Origin: Bacillota bacterium
GTDB taxonomy: Bacteria; Bacillota; Dehalobacteriia; UBA4068
Assembly: GCA_017440145.1 (NCBI GenBank)
Contig: JAFSHU010000071.1
Location: forward strand, 1 to 55,776
DNA: 55,776 nucleotides
Direction: 5' to 3'
Position 1 is the stretch's first letter. Each line of letters starts with the position of its first letter. A program made the translations under genes and the position numbers. The notes below the pieces were generated by a model, which saw only the letters and a program-made list of their open reading frames with translations, had not been told where the DNA came from and did not search any database. This document shows positions 38,511-47,374 of this stretch, piece after piece.

Positions 38511-38668
38511 ACTAAAGCAAATTCCCTGTTTTTGTTTTATATCCTGCTGACAGCGGCACAAAACCTGCACAAAGATAGCTACAAAATTCGCTGCCCATGC
38601 CCCGGCTGCTTGCCAAAACCATGGATTCCGTGTATCATGAAAAAAAAGCTTGCTTCAAGGGGAATCTT

Positions 38669-39679
38669 ATGAAAAAGCTGTCTCTATGGGCAGGGCTGCT
38701 CCTCTGCCTCAGCCTTCTGCTCACTGCCTGCAATGCCGAAGAAAGCAAAACAGCCGGCAGCTCGGAAATGCTGCTGGATACGGTCTGCAGCGTCACCCTC
38801 TTCCAACCGGCAGATCAGGAGCTGGCAGATCAGGCTCTGGAGCTGGTAGAAAAATATGAAGCCTTATTCAGCCCCACGATCCCGGGCAGTGACATCTGGA
38901 ACATCAATCAGGCCCAGGGGGAAAGCGTTGCCATTTCCCCGGAAACCGCTCAAATGCTGGAATTGGCTCTGGAATACGGCGAAGGCTCCGATGGGCGCTT
39001 TGATATCAGCATCGGGCAGCTCAGCACACTCTGGGATTTTGGCGGAGCGAATCATCTTCCCAGTGCAGAGGAGCTGGAAAAGGCGCTTTCTACCGTGGAT
39101 TATCGGCAGCTGGAGCTGAGCGGAAGCCCGGAAGAGGGCTTTCACGCCAGGCTGAAAAACCCGGAAAGCAGGCTGGAGCCAGGCGGCATTGCCAAGGGAT
39201 ATATCGCAGACCGGGTAGCGGATTTTCTGCGGGAAAATGGGGTGAAAGCAGCCATTATCGACCTGGGGGGCAATATCGTCACCCTGGGCCGGAAGAGCAG
39301 CGGCCAGCCCTGGCGCATCGGCATAGAAACCCCCTTCAGCGAAAGAACGGAAGTGATCGGCACACTCAGCATCGGGGAAGCCTCCATCGTCACCTCCGGC
39401 ATCTATGAGCGGCAGTTTACCCGGGATGGGAAGCTCTATCATCACATCCTGGATCCGGAGACAGGCTTCCCGGCGGAAAACGAGCTTCTTTCCGTGAGCA
39501 TCATTTCCCGCTCCTCCGCTCAGGGGGATGGCCTCTCTACTCTGGCTTTTTTGCTGGGCAGGGAGGAAGGGAGCCGTTTCCTGGAGGAACAGGAGGGCGT
39601 GCTGGGCGCGATCTGGGTGGAGAAATCCGGCGAAATTTATGTCCAGGGAGAGATCGACTTCCGGGAGATCCAAAAATAA
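38669..39679 (+). CDS. apbE: FAD:protein FMN transferase (ApbE/Ftp) lipoprotein
   Basis: Start at the ATG at 38669. Lipobox LLLTAC, then GGIAKGY, DLGGNI and HHILDPETG. Confidence 0.9.
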   Translation: MKKLSLWAGLLLCLSLLLTACNAEESKTAGSSEMLLDTVCSVTLFQPADQELADQALELVEKYEALFSPTIPGSDIWNINQAQGESVAISPETAQMLELALEYGEGSDGRFDISIGQLSTLWDFGGANHLPSAEELEKALSTVDYRQLELSGSPEEGFHARLKNPESRLEPGGIAKGYIADRVADFLRENGVKAAIIDLGGNIVTLGRKSSGQPWRIGIETPFSERTEVIGTLSIGEASIVTSGIYERQFTRDGKLYHHILDPETGFPAENELLSVSIISRSSAQGDGLSTLAFLLGREEGSRFLEEQEGVLGAIWVEKSGEIYVQGEIDFREIQK

Positions 39680-39688
39680 AACAGAAAG

Positions 39689-39722
39689 GGCAGCCCCGTT
39701 TTCTTCGGGACTGCCTCTTTTT
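39689..39722 (+). terminator. apbE terminator
   Basis: GGCAGCCCCG-loop-CGGGACTGCC (one mismatch) followed by TCTTTTT. Confidence 0.7.
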
Positions 39723-39940
39723 CATACGCAAAACAGGGCTGCAGAAACATATTCTGACAGTCGGCAAACAGTTCCGCAGCCCCGGCAGGCTTCCCCGAAG
39801 GAGCAGAGGCAGCCAGCAGGCATAAAATGCACGCAGCTACAGCATACTGCGGTATCGCAACAGAAAACATATCGCAGGCCAGCATTTTTGGCACAACTTT
39901 ATAAGGCAGAACATTGGCCTGCTCCCTGCGGTCAATGGCT

Positions 39941-40489
39941 TCACGCAGAAGCCTCTTTTCCGGGGGCTTTTTTCGACCCCGCAGCGCCCCGGGAAGCATC
40001 CGGGCGCAGCGCCAGGCGAGCCCGCCCCACGATCAGGGCGATCAGCAGGCCGGTCAGCATCCCGGCCGGGATCAGCACCAGCGCATAAGACCAAATGGCT
40101 GCCGTTCCGGCCACAGCCGCTGCCACCAGGAGCTGTGCCAGGTTGTGCGTTACCCCGCCGGCCATGCTCACCCCCCAAAGGCTGAACAGCCGGGAGCGCC
40201 TCAGCAGCTCCATGAGTAGTAGACTGGCCAGCGCTCCGGCGATGCTGTACATAGCCATGGCCAGATTGGCAAAAAGCAGGGAAACCAGCAAAATCCGGCA
40301 GAGGCTGACCCAGCAGGCCGTAGACCAGCCATAGGCATAGAGCGCAAAAACGATCACCACATTGGCCAATCCCAGCTTCAGGCCGGGAATTCCCAGCGGC
40401 AAGGGAAAAAGCACCTCCACATAGGAAAAAATTGCCGCCAGAGCCACCAAAAGGCCGCCGCGGGCCAGCTTTTTACTTGCTGATAGCAT
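39941..40489 (-). CDS. Gx transporter family / heptaprenyl diphosphate synthase component I-like membrane protein
   Basis: 182 aa with about 5 TM segments. PLGIPGLKLGLANVVIV...GGVTHNLAQL resembles the PF07456-type family (from memory). The start overlaps the upstream gene by 17 nt. Confidence 0.75.
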   Translation of the reverse strand: MLSASKKLARGGLLVALAAIFSYVEVLFPLPLGIPGLKLGLANVVIVFALYAYGWSTACWVSLCRILLVSLLFANLAMAMYSIAGALASLLLMELLRRSRLFSLWGVSMAGGVTHNLAQLLVAAAVAGTAAIWSYALVLIPAGMLTGLLIALIVGRARLALRPDASRGAAGSKKAPGKEASA

Positions 40490-40874
40490 CCCAGGCCGCC
40501 TCCTCTCCCCCCTGAATCCGGATCACCAGCCGCGCAGGCAGGCAAACAATGCTTTCCCCTTCTCTGCGGATGGGAGCATGCCGGACGCAGTATTGATCCG
40601 GGCAGTCTGCGCTCCTCACAAAAACCTGCCCCTGCCCCAGGCAAAGGGTGTTGCTGTATCCCCCCTGCTCCACCAGAATTTCTTCTGTGACATCCAGAGG
40701 GAAAAAGCCCAGGCTCCTGCCATCGCTGATGATCTCTGCCTGCACACCCTGGCCGCCGATTCGACCCGCACTCCAGAATAAGCAAAAAGCAGCCAGCAGC
40801 AGAAAAAACAGGCCCAGAAGATAATCCGCCCAGGTGGGGCGCTCCAAACCAGAAAAAGCAGCCCGCCCCCTCAT
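40473..40874 (-). CDS. NusG domain II-containing (DUF1312) membrane-anchored protein
   Basis: ATG at 40874 forms an ATGA overlap with the NTPase stop. N-terminal TM helix, a beta-rich domain, and CPDQYCV...IVCLPARLVI. Confidence 0.75.
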   Translation of the reverse strand: MRGRAAFSGLERPTWADYLLGLFFLLLAAFCLFWSAGRIGGQGVQAEIISDGRSLGFFPLDVTEEILVEQGGYSNTLCLGQGQVFVRSADCPDQYCVRHAPIRREGESIVCLPARLVIRIQGGEEAAWDAISK

Positions 40875-41404
40875 GATGCACACACCTGTGGACGAAGCAA
40901 TGCCGCCACCTGCCGGGGCAATTCATCCCGGTTTTCCGGCCGCACCTCCAGCAGCTGCACAGCCGGGTGCTGCCGGATGGCATCCAGGAAGGGAATGGCT
41001 TTGGGCTTCAGCACACCCAGAATGGGCAGAGGCCCGTCCAAAGCCTGCAGCACAGCCCGGCGAAAGGCCGGCGCTTTTTGCTCCATCATTCCCAGCTCAT
41101 CCATGAGCAGCAGGCGGGCATTGACAGCCGTATTCCGCAGAATGGAAAGGCCGCCCTGCTCAAAAGCCTCCGGAAAGGCAGTAAACAAATCATCTCCCCA
41201 GCGAATGCCCAGCAGATGCGCCCGATCGTAAATCGCCTCCCCCTGTGCGGGGATCACATAGACCTCTGCTCTGGCCCGGGGCAGCTGGCTGGGGATACTG
41301 ACCGTGCGGAAGCCGCCCAAAGGCGGATTCCCCAGCAAAGACAGGCTTTTTTCAATAACGCTCGTCTTCCCCACCTGAATGGGGCCGGTGAGAAAAATAT
41401 GCAT
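40871..41404 (-). CDS. THEP1-like nucleoside-triphosphatase (NTPase_1 family)
   Basis: Start at the ATG at 41404. MHIFLTGPIQVGKTS (Walker A) and LLLMDELG (Walker B). About 177 aa. Confidence 0.8.
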   Translation of the reverse strand: MHIFLTGPIQVGKTSVIEKSLSLLGNPPLGGFRTVSIPSQLPRARAEVYVIPAQGEAIYDRAHLLGIRWGDDLFTAFPEAFEQGGLSILRNTAVNARLLLMDELGMMEQKAPAFRRAVLQALDGPLPILGVLKPKAIPFLDAIRQHPAVQLLEVRPENRDELPRQVAALLRPQVCAS

Positions 41405-41419
41405 ATTGCTCATCCTTCT

Positions 41420-41480
41420 CAATCTTTATCGTTCACGCTTTTATCTTTCAAGCTTTATAGTCCAATCTTTATCGTTCACG
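41420..41480. repeat. two perfect 18-nt direct repeats, 43-nt period, in a divergent intergenic region
   Basis: CAATCTTTATCGTTCACG occurs at 41420-41437 and again at 41463-41480. Confidence 0.9.
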
Positions 41481-41704
41481 AGTTCCGTTTGCAAAATCTC
41501 GTAAAAAACAGACGGCATCTGACAAAAGCTTTGTTCAGAGCCTTTCTCTATTATAGTGCTGCCGCAGCTGCTTGGCAAGTGTGGTAAAAAGCTGAAGTTT
41601 TTTCCCCGGGCGAAAAAAAACAGGGTATCCCCAAAAAAGGTGGAATACTACTTTATTTCCACGAACACAGGCCCTCATACAGGAGAAAAGGGAAAGGGAT
41701 CCTC

Positions 41705-42898
41705 ATGCAAAAAATTCTGCAGTTTTTCAAAGACAAAAAGAACCTCTCTGCCCTACTGGTGCTTTGCGGTGCCATCAGCTTTTATATGATCCTCAAGCAT
41801 CTGCCGGAGCTATGGCAATTCATTCTGAGCATTTTCTCCGTCCTGAAGCCCCTGATCACAGCTGCGATCATTGCATATCTGCTCTATCCCTGCGTGTCTC
41901 TTTTGGAGCGGAAGCTCTTTGGGAAGATGAAAAAAGAAAAGGCGGCCCATGGGCTGGCGACCTTTTTCACGCTGCTTCTTGCCGCAAGCCTGCTGGCCCT
42001 GCTTTCCGTTACCATCTTCCCGCAGCTTGCCTCCTCCGTGGCCATGCTGCTGAGCAATCTGGAGGGCTATTTTGATTCCTTCCGGAGCACCGTTCTGGCG
42101 CTGGAGGAAAAACTTCCCTTTCTGGAGCTGAATCTGGATGAGTTCCTCAGCTCATGGGAGGGCATTCTGCAATCCGCCATTCAATGGCTGATCGGCAATG
42201 CAGATACACTTCTGGGGGGTGCGGTTCGCTTTGGCAACGGTGTGGTCAATTTCGTCATCGAGCTGATCCTGGCCGTCTACATGCTGCTGGATATCAAAAA
42301 CACCCAGCAGATCACAAAGCGCTGGTGCCGATCTTGGATGAAAGAGGAACGCTACAGCCGCAGCCTGGAGCTGGCAAAGCGCAGCAATCGTGTTTTCCTC
42401 TCCTTCCTGCGGGACAACATTCTGGATTCCCTGATCGTGGGTGTGGCAAACTTCATCTTCATGTTCATTATGGGGATGCCTTATCCCCTGCTGATCTCCG
42501 TGATCGTGGGTGTGACAAATTTCATCCCCAATTTCGGCCCCATTATCGGTGCTGTTCCTTCCCTGCTGATCATCCTTTTGATCAGCCCCATCGATGCGCT
42601 TTGGTTCCTGATCTGGACACTGGTGATGCAGTTCCTGGATGGGAATGTGCTGAAGCCCCTGCTTTTTAACAGCACCACCGGGCTCAGTCCCCTTTGGGTT
42701 CTGACCGCCATCATCATCGGCGGGCGGCTCTTTGGCATTATCGGTATGATCATCGGCATTCCGCTGCTGACCATCCTTTCGCAGCTTCTGGATGAAAGCA
42801 TCTCCAAACGGCTGACAAAACGGGGCTTTAATGAAAAAGGAGAGCCACTGGAAAGCAAAGCAGGCACAAAGAAAGAAGAGGACAGCATATGTCAATAA
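41705..42898 (+). CDS. AI-2E family membrane transporter (second paralog)
   Basis: 397-aa polytopic protein. NFIPNFGPIIGAVP...PLWVLTAIIIGGRLFGIIGMIIGIP. The stop overlaps birA by 10 nt. Confidence 0.85.
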   Translation: MQKILQFFKDKKNLSALLVLCGAISFYMILKHLPELWQFILSIFSVLKPLITAAIIAYLLYPCVSLLERKLFGKMKKEKAAHGLATFFTLLLAASLLALLSVTIFPQLASSVAMLLSNLEGYFDSFRSTVLALEEKLPFLELNLDEFLSSWEGILQSAIQWLIGNADTLLGGAVRFGNGVVNFVIELILAVYMLLDIKNTQQITKRWCRSWMKEERYSRSLELAKRSNRVFLSFLRDNILDSLIVGVANFIFMFIMGMPYPLLISVIVGVTNFIPNFGPIIGAVPSLLIILLISPIDALWFLIWTLVMQFLDGNVLKPLLFNSTTGLSPLWVLTAIIIGGRLFGIIGMIIGIPLLTILSQLLDESISKRLTKRGFNEKGEPLESKAGTKKEEDSICQ

Positions 42899-43869
42899 AA
42901 CAAAAGATATTGCTTCGCCTGGAAAGAGCCAGGGGAGAAAACATTTCCGGGCAGGAGCTGGCTGCAGAGCTGGGTGTTTCCCGGAGCGCCGTCTGGAAGG
43001 CCATCAGCGGCCTGCGGCAGGAGGGATACCAGATCCATTCTTCCACAAACAGGGGCTATTGCCTTGCCGGCGAGAATGATCTGCTTTCCCCGGAGGGGAT
43101 TCGGGCCGCTCTTGCTCCCGAATTCCAGGGGATCAAAATCCACACCTACAAAGAGCTGGATTCCACCAATAACGAAGCCAAACGCCTGCTGCCCCAGTAT
43201 CAGGATCAGATCCTTTTGCTTCTGGCAGATCAGCAGAGCCAGGGCCGGGGCAGGCAGGGCCGCTCCTTTTTCTCCCCCGGCGGCAGCGGCCTCTATATGA
43301 GCCTGCTCATCCACCCCCGGGCAGAGCTTTCCGGCGCGCTTTCCATCACCACCATGGCCAGCGTGGCTGTGGCCCGAGCCATACGCAGGCTGAGCGGCCG
43401 GGAGGTGCAGATCAAATGGGTAAACGACCTGTATCTGGAGGGGAAAAAAATCTGCGGCATCCTGACGGAGGCCATCAGCGATTTTGAGACCGCCACGGTG
43501 CAAAGCCTCATCATCGGCATCGGTGTGAATATCCGCACAGAGGACTTTCCGCCGGAGCTGGCCGGGATCGGCGGTTCCCTGCAGGATGAAAGCCTGAGCC
43601 GCAACCGGCTGGCTGCGGAGATCGTCAACCAGCTCCTTCCTTTGGCTGCCGATCTGAAGGACCACAGCTATCTGGAGGATTACCGCCGCTTTTCCCTGGT
43701 GCTGGGAAAAGAGATCGAATATTACATTCAGGGTGTTCCCCACCCCGCAAGGGCGCTGGCCATTGACGAGCAGGGCGGGCTGCTGGTCCGCAGCCCGGAA
43801 GGGGAAGAGATCACCCTCAGCAGCGGAGAGATTTCCCTGCGCCTGGCAAAAAAGCCGCTTTCATCCTGA
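42889..43869 (+). CDS. birA: bifunctional biotin--[acetyl-CoA-carboxylase] ligase / biotin operon repressor
   Basis: N-terminal wHTH (ISGQELAAELGVSRSAVWKAISGLRQEGYQI) and GRGRQGRSF...KWVNDLY. Confidence 0.9.
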   Translation: MSIKQKILLRLERARGENISGQELAAELGVSRSAVWKAISGLRQEGYQIHSSTNRGYCLAGENDLLSPEGIRAALAPEFQGIKIHTYKELDSTNNEAKRLLPQYQDQILLLLADQQSQGRGRQGRSFFSPGGSGLYMSLLIHPRAELSGALSITTMASVAVARAIRRLSGREVQIKWVNDLYLEGKKICGILTEAISDFETATVQSLIIGIGVNIRTEDFPPELAGIGGSLQDESLSRNRLAAEIVNQLLPLAADLKDHSYLEDYRRFSLVLGKEIEYYIQGVPHPARALAIDEQGGLLVRSPEGEEITLSSGEISLRLAKKPLSS

Positions 43870-43894
43870 GCTTTGCCCTTCAGGAAGATCAAAC

Positions 43895-43935
43895 ACAAAA
43901 AACCGGCCTGTGATCTGCACAGAGCCGGTTTTTTA
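43895..43935. terminator. bidirectional terminator between birA and bioY
   Basis: AAAAAACCGGCCTGTG...CACAGAGCCGGTTTTTT. Confidence 0.8.
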
Positions 43936-43960
43936 TGAAAACTCTTGCCTGGGAATCGCT

Positions 43961-44500
43961 TCAGGGCAAAATTTTACGCAGGCGTTTTGTTAAGAGAAAG
44001 GCCAATACGATCTTGGCCAGATCCGGCAAAACAAAGGGCAGCACGCAGGAAAGCAGCGCAGCCCCCCAGCCCACCGCACCCAAGCCCGGGGAATAAACCA
44101 AAACAAACCAGACCGTACCAAAAGCATAGCAGACAAGGATGCCCAGCAGCATCCCCAGAAGAAGCAGCCAATCCCGCCCCCAGCGCGAAAAGCAGCCGAC
44201 CAGCGGTGCAGTCAGCAGGAAGCCCAGGAGATAGCCGCCGCTGGGGCCAAGCAGAACCCCCGGCCCAGCCTGGAAAGCGGAAAAAACCGGCAGGCCCAAA
44301 ATACCCAGCAGCAGGTAAAGAAGCACCATCATCAGCCCCCGTTTCCAGCCCAGCAAAGCAGAGCCCAGCAGCACAGCAAAGCTTTGCAGCGTAAAGGGGG
44401 GGATGGTGGGAACAGCCACCCAGGCGCAGATCGCCATAAGCACAGCAAAGAGGGAGATATAGGTTAAATCCAGAACGGAAAAAGCTCGCTTTTGCTTCAT
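43961..44500 (-). CDS. bioY: biotin transporter BioY
   Basis: Start at the ATG at 44500 with AGGAG 8 nt upstream. PFTLQSFAVLLGSALLG...GGYLLGF...LPDLAKI. Confidence 0.85.
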   Translation of the reverse strand: MKQKRAFSVLDLTYISLFAVLMAICAWVAVPTIPPFTLQSFAVLLGSALLGWKRGLMMVLLYLLLGILGLPVFSAFQAGPGVLLGPSGGYLLGFLLTAPLVGCFSRWGRDWLLLLGMLLGILVCYAFGTVWFVLVYSPGLGAVGWGAALLSCVLPFVLPDLAKIVLAFLLTKRLRKILP

Positions 44501-44541
44501 GGGAAAGCTCCTCAAAAATGACTCCATTTTCTTCTGAGGGG

Positions 44542-44570
44542 ACTATAGCATAAAAGAAGTAGATTGTCAA
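44542..44570 (-). promoter_or_regulatory. bioY sigma-A-type promoter
   Basis: On the minus strand: TTGACA (44570-44565), 17 nt, TATAGT (44547-44542). Confidence 0.65.
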
Positions 44571-44596
44571 CCTAAAGCAAAGGGAAAGTTGACAAT
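44563..44596. promoter_or_regulatory. BirA operator
   Basis: ATTGTCAAC-N16-GTTGACAAT is a perfect 9-bp inverted repeat. It overlaps the -35 of the bioY promoter and matches my memory of the Firmicutes BirA box architecture (TGTnAAC-N~15-GTTnACA). Confidence 0.7.
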
Positions 44597-44760
44597 CAAA
44601 GCAGCCCGGAATCTGCTCCCATAGATCCTGCTTTATCCTTGCGAAAGCCCGGCGAAACCGGGAAACAGGCGGCGAAAGCATGGGGGGAAAGAGGCAGGCC
44701 CTGCCTCTGCAAACAAAAAAACAGCCCGAAGGCAGCAAAGAACTGCATTCGGGCTGTGGC

Positions 44761-45675
44761 TTATTCGGGATCAGAACCATCTTCCGGGCTGGGGCTTTCC
44801 GGGGTATTGTATTCCTGCAGCAAATCCAATATCTGCTGAATCTCCGGATCCGGAGGCGTTTCCGATTCCAGGATGCTCACGCTGACCTGTTCAGAGCGAA
44901 TAACATTGTGCGCTGCATCCTCATAGAAAAAGCTGATCAGCACCTGCCCCGGCGCCAGAGCTGTGATGCTGAAATCTGCAGAAAGACTATGCCACTGGAA
45001 GCTCTGGGAATAAAGTCCGCTTGTCTCCCCAAAATTATCCGCACTCAAATACACCTTGGCATCCGGATAATTGTGCGTAACGTGAAAATCCAGACTCTCC
45101 CCCACCCTGATGCTCCCCTGCAAGGGAGAAACGCTGATGGTATAAACAGGCTCCGACTCTGCAGGAGGATTTTCCGGGGGCAAAACTGCCCCGGAGCTGC
45201 CTCCCGGCCCTGAAGGAGGAGAATTCTCCATTTCGGCAGAAGCAGAAGATTCTGCGGCAGGCGGCTCCTCTTCCGGCGCTGCTTCCCGCATTGCTTTCAA
45301 AAAAGCAGCCCGTCTTGCACCCAAAGCATCAGAATCTGCTGCAGATGTTTCTGTTTCTTCCTCCTGCAGCTGAGCCTCCACTTCCCATCCATCCGCTTCC
45401 GGAATATAATACACGTTCGAAGACAGGCTCCCATCCGGCAGGCGATCCTGCACGATGGCCTCCTCCGGCTGGGGCAGGCCCCCGCGGCCCAGCAAAAGAA
45501 GGCAGCTCACCAGGGCCACAAGCAGCAGAAAACCAAAAACGATCCACAGCGCAGCGGGAGGAAGCCCGGCAGAACGCTTCTGCGGGGCAGGCTCGGGCAA
45601 GGGGATTTCCTTGCCGCAAAAGGGACAGCAGCGGCTGTTGGGAGGCAGGAAATTCCGGCAAACAGGGCAGCGCAT
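44761..45675 (-). CDS. zinc-ribbon membrane protein with extracytoplasmic domain
   Basis: Start at the ATG at 45675. MRCPVCRNFLPPNSRCCPFCGKEI, one TM helix, an acidic/Pro-rich linker, and a beta-rich C-terminal domain. Confidence 0.65.
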   Translation of the reverse strand: MRCPVCRNFLPPNSRCCPFCGKEIPLPEPAPQKRSAGLPPAALWIVFGFLLLVALVSCLLLLGRGGLPQPEEAIVQDRLPDGSLSSNVYYIPEADGWEVEAQLQEEETETSAADSDALGARRAAFLKAMREAAPEEEPPAAESSASAEMENSPPSGPGGSSGAVLPPENPPAESEPVYTISVSPLQGSIRVGESLDFHVTHNYPDAKVYLSADNFGETSGLYSQSFQWHSLSADFSITALAPGQVLISFFYEDAAHNVIRSEQVSVSILESETPPDPEIQQILDLLQEYNTPESPSPEDGSDPE

Positions 45676-45748
45676 AGGGATTCCTCCTGAACTGATTTTC
45701 TCATTCCGCTTGAGATTCCATGGAAAGACTCCGGCAGAAGCGCAAGCG

Positions 45749-47086
45749 CTAATCTGCAATGCGGAATTTCTTCCACTTTCCGCTGCGATAGCGCAAAACA
45801 ACGATCAGCGTGGCCAGCAGCCAGGCCGGAGGCATGCTCACATAAAAGCAGCGGAAATCCACCACTGTTCCGGCCAAAGCGTAAGAGAGCAGCAAACGGG
45901 TTCCCAGATTCACGAAGCCGGACAGCACCGGAATCTTCACATCCCCGGCCCCCTGCAGGAAGCCACAGGTGATATTCCGGATGGTTGCCGCCCAAATGAA
46001 GAGCATGAGCAGATCCAAATGCTCTCTGCCGCGGCGCAGGGATTCACCGGTAATGTTAAACATTTGCAGCAGCTGCTCATCAAAAAGCAGGACCAGGGCG
46101 CCCAAAACGATGCTGAAGCACAGGCCCATCCACACCGTGGAACGATAACCTTTCTTTGCTCTTTCCAGCTGCTGTGCGCCGATATTCTGCCCGGTGAAGC
46201 TGGAAATGGCTGCATTTAAGCTGTTGGAGGGAATGTGGGCGATATTTTCGATTCGCTGCATAGCCGCATAGCCTTCGATGCTGTATTCCCCAAAAGAATT
46301 CACCAGACGCTGCAGAACAATAAAGCCCAGGGTATTGATCATGGATTGGAAGATGATCGGCACGCTGAGCCGGGCAATCAGCCAGGAACGGGCCTTCCAG
46401 GCATAGAGATATTTGGCCCGGGGCAGCAGGTCGGGGAAGAGCTTTGCCAGGTAAAGCACACTGGCCAGAGCAGATCCGGCCTGGGAGATCACTGTGGCCA
46501 CCGCAGCGCCGGCCACGCCCCAGCGGAATACCACAACAAAAAGCAAATCGAGCACAATATTTACTATAGAAGAAATGAACAAAAAAATCAGAGCTCCGCG
46601 GGAATCCCCATGCGCCCGCAAAACAGCATAGGCTGCGTTATAGATCATCTGGAAAATCAGGCCACAGCCATAGATCCGGAAATAGGTCAGGCTACCCTCC
46701 AGCATTTCATCGGGCGTCTGCAAAAAGCCGGAGATCACCGGCCGGGCCACAAGAAAGCAGAGCAGGGTCAGCAGCAAAGAAAGGAAAACCGCCAGCACAA
46801 AGCCTGTGCTGATCACTTCCTTGATCTCCGTTTCCCGCTTCGCACCAAAAAACTGAGAAACGGCAATGCAGATCCCGGAGCCAAGTCCGCTGCAAAAATA
46901 TACCAGCAAAGCCGTCATGGAGGTGGTCAGACCGATGGCCCCCAATGCGGAGGAGCTTACAAAATTCCCCACCACCACACTATCTACGAAGCCATAAAGC
47001 ACCTGCAAAAAATTGGCGCCCATAATGGGCAGGGAGAAGAGAAGGATGCTTTTTCCTTCTGCCCCCACAGTCATATCTTTTTTCAT
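45749..47086 (-). CDS. MATE family efflux transporter
   Basis: 445 aa with 12 predicted TM segments. N-terminus ILLFSLPIMGANFLQVLYGFVDSVVVG is typical of the family. Confidence 0.9.
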   Translation of the reverse strand: MKKDMTVGAEGKSILLFSLPIMGANFLQVLYGFVDSVVVGNFVSSSALGAIGLTTSMTALLVYFCSGLGSGICIAVSQFFGAKRETEIKEVISTGFVLAVFLSLLLTLLCFLVARPVISGFLQTPDEMLEGSLTYFRIYGCGLIFQMIYNAAYAVLRAHGDSRGALIFLFISSIVNIVLDLLFVVVFRWGVAGAAVATVISQAGSALASVLYLAKLFPDLLPRAKYLYAWKARSWLIARLSVPIIFQSMINTLGFIVLQRLVNSFGEYSIEGYAAMQRIENIAHIPSNSLNAAISSFTGQNIGAQQLERAKKGYRSTVWMGLCFSIVLGALVLLFDEQLLQMFNITGESLRRGREHLDLLMLFIWAATIRNITCGFLQGAGDVKIPVLSGFVNLGTRLLLSYALAGTVVDFRCFYVSMPPAWLLATLIVVLRYRSGKWKKFRIAD

Positions 47087-47140
47087 AGAAAAAACCTGTC
47101 CGTTTTTATGTTTGGAAAAAGAATTTGCCGGAAAGTTCCG

Positions 47141-47180
47141 GATAAAACAAAATCAGAACTGCAAGAGCAGTTCTGATTTT
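47141..47180 (-). terminator. terminator of the tRNA operon
   Basis: AAAATCAGAACTG-6 nt-CAGTTCTGATTTT. On the minus strand it is followed by GTTTTAT. Confidence 0.75.
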
Positions 47181-47182
47181 GT

Positions 47183-47258
47183 TGGTGACGCGTATGGGAT
47201 TCGAACCCATGAATGCCAGCGTGAAAGGCTGGTGAGTTAACCGTTTCTCCAACGCGCC
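47183..47258 (-). tRNA. tRNA-Glu (anticodon UUC)
   Basis: The reverse complement folds as a cloverleaf. Acceptor stem GGCGCGT/ACGCGTC, anticodon arm CCAGC-CTTTCAC-GCTGG, T-arm GGGTTCGAATCCC, and an encoded CCA. Confidence 0.9.
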
Positions 47259-47261
47259 ATA

Positions 47262-47338
47262 TGGTAGCGGTGGCTGGATTTGAACCAGCGACACCCCGGG
47301 TATGAACCGAGTGCTCTGGACCCCTGAGCTACACCGCC
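47262..47338 (-). tRNA. tRNA-Met, elongator type (anticodon CAU)
   Basis: Reverse complement GGCGGTGTAGCTCAG...CTCGG-TTCATAC-CCGGG...GGTTCAAATCC...CACCGCTACCA. It resembles the Bacillus elongator tRNA-Met from memory. A tRNA-Ile2 (lysidine) identity cannot be excluded. Confidence 0.8.
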
Positions 47339-47374
47339 GTGTCACTGTCGACCTCACGGCCAACCGGCTTGTTT

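Noticed and set aside
39637-39999. 120-aa minus-strand ORF in the apbE / Gx-transporter convergent spacer.
   Set aside because: It overlaps the apbE 3' end and terminator, and has no RBS or motifs.
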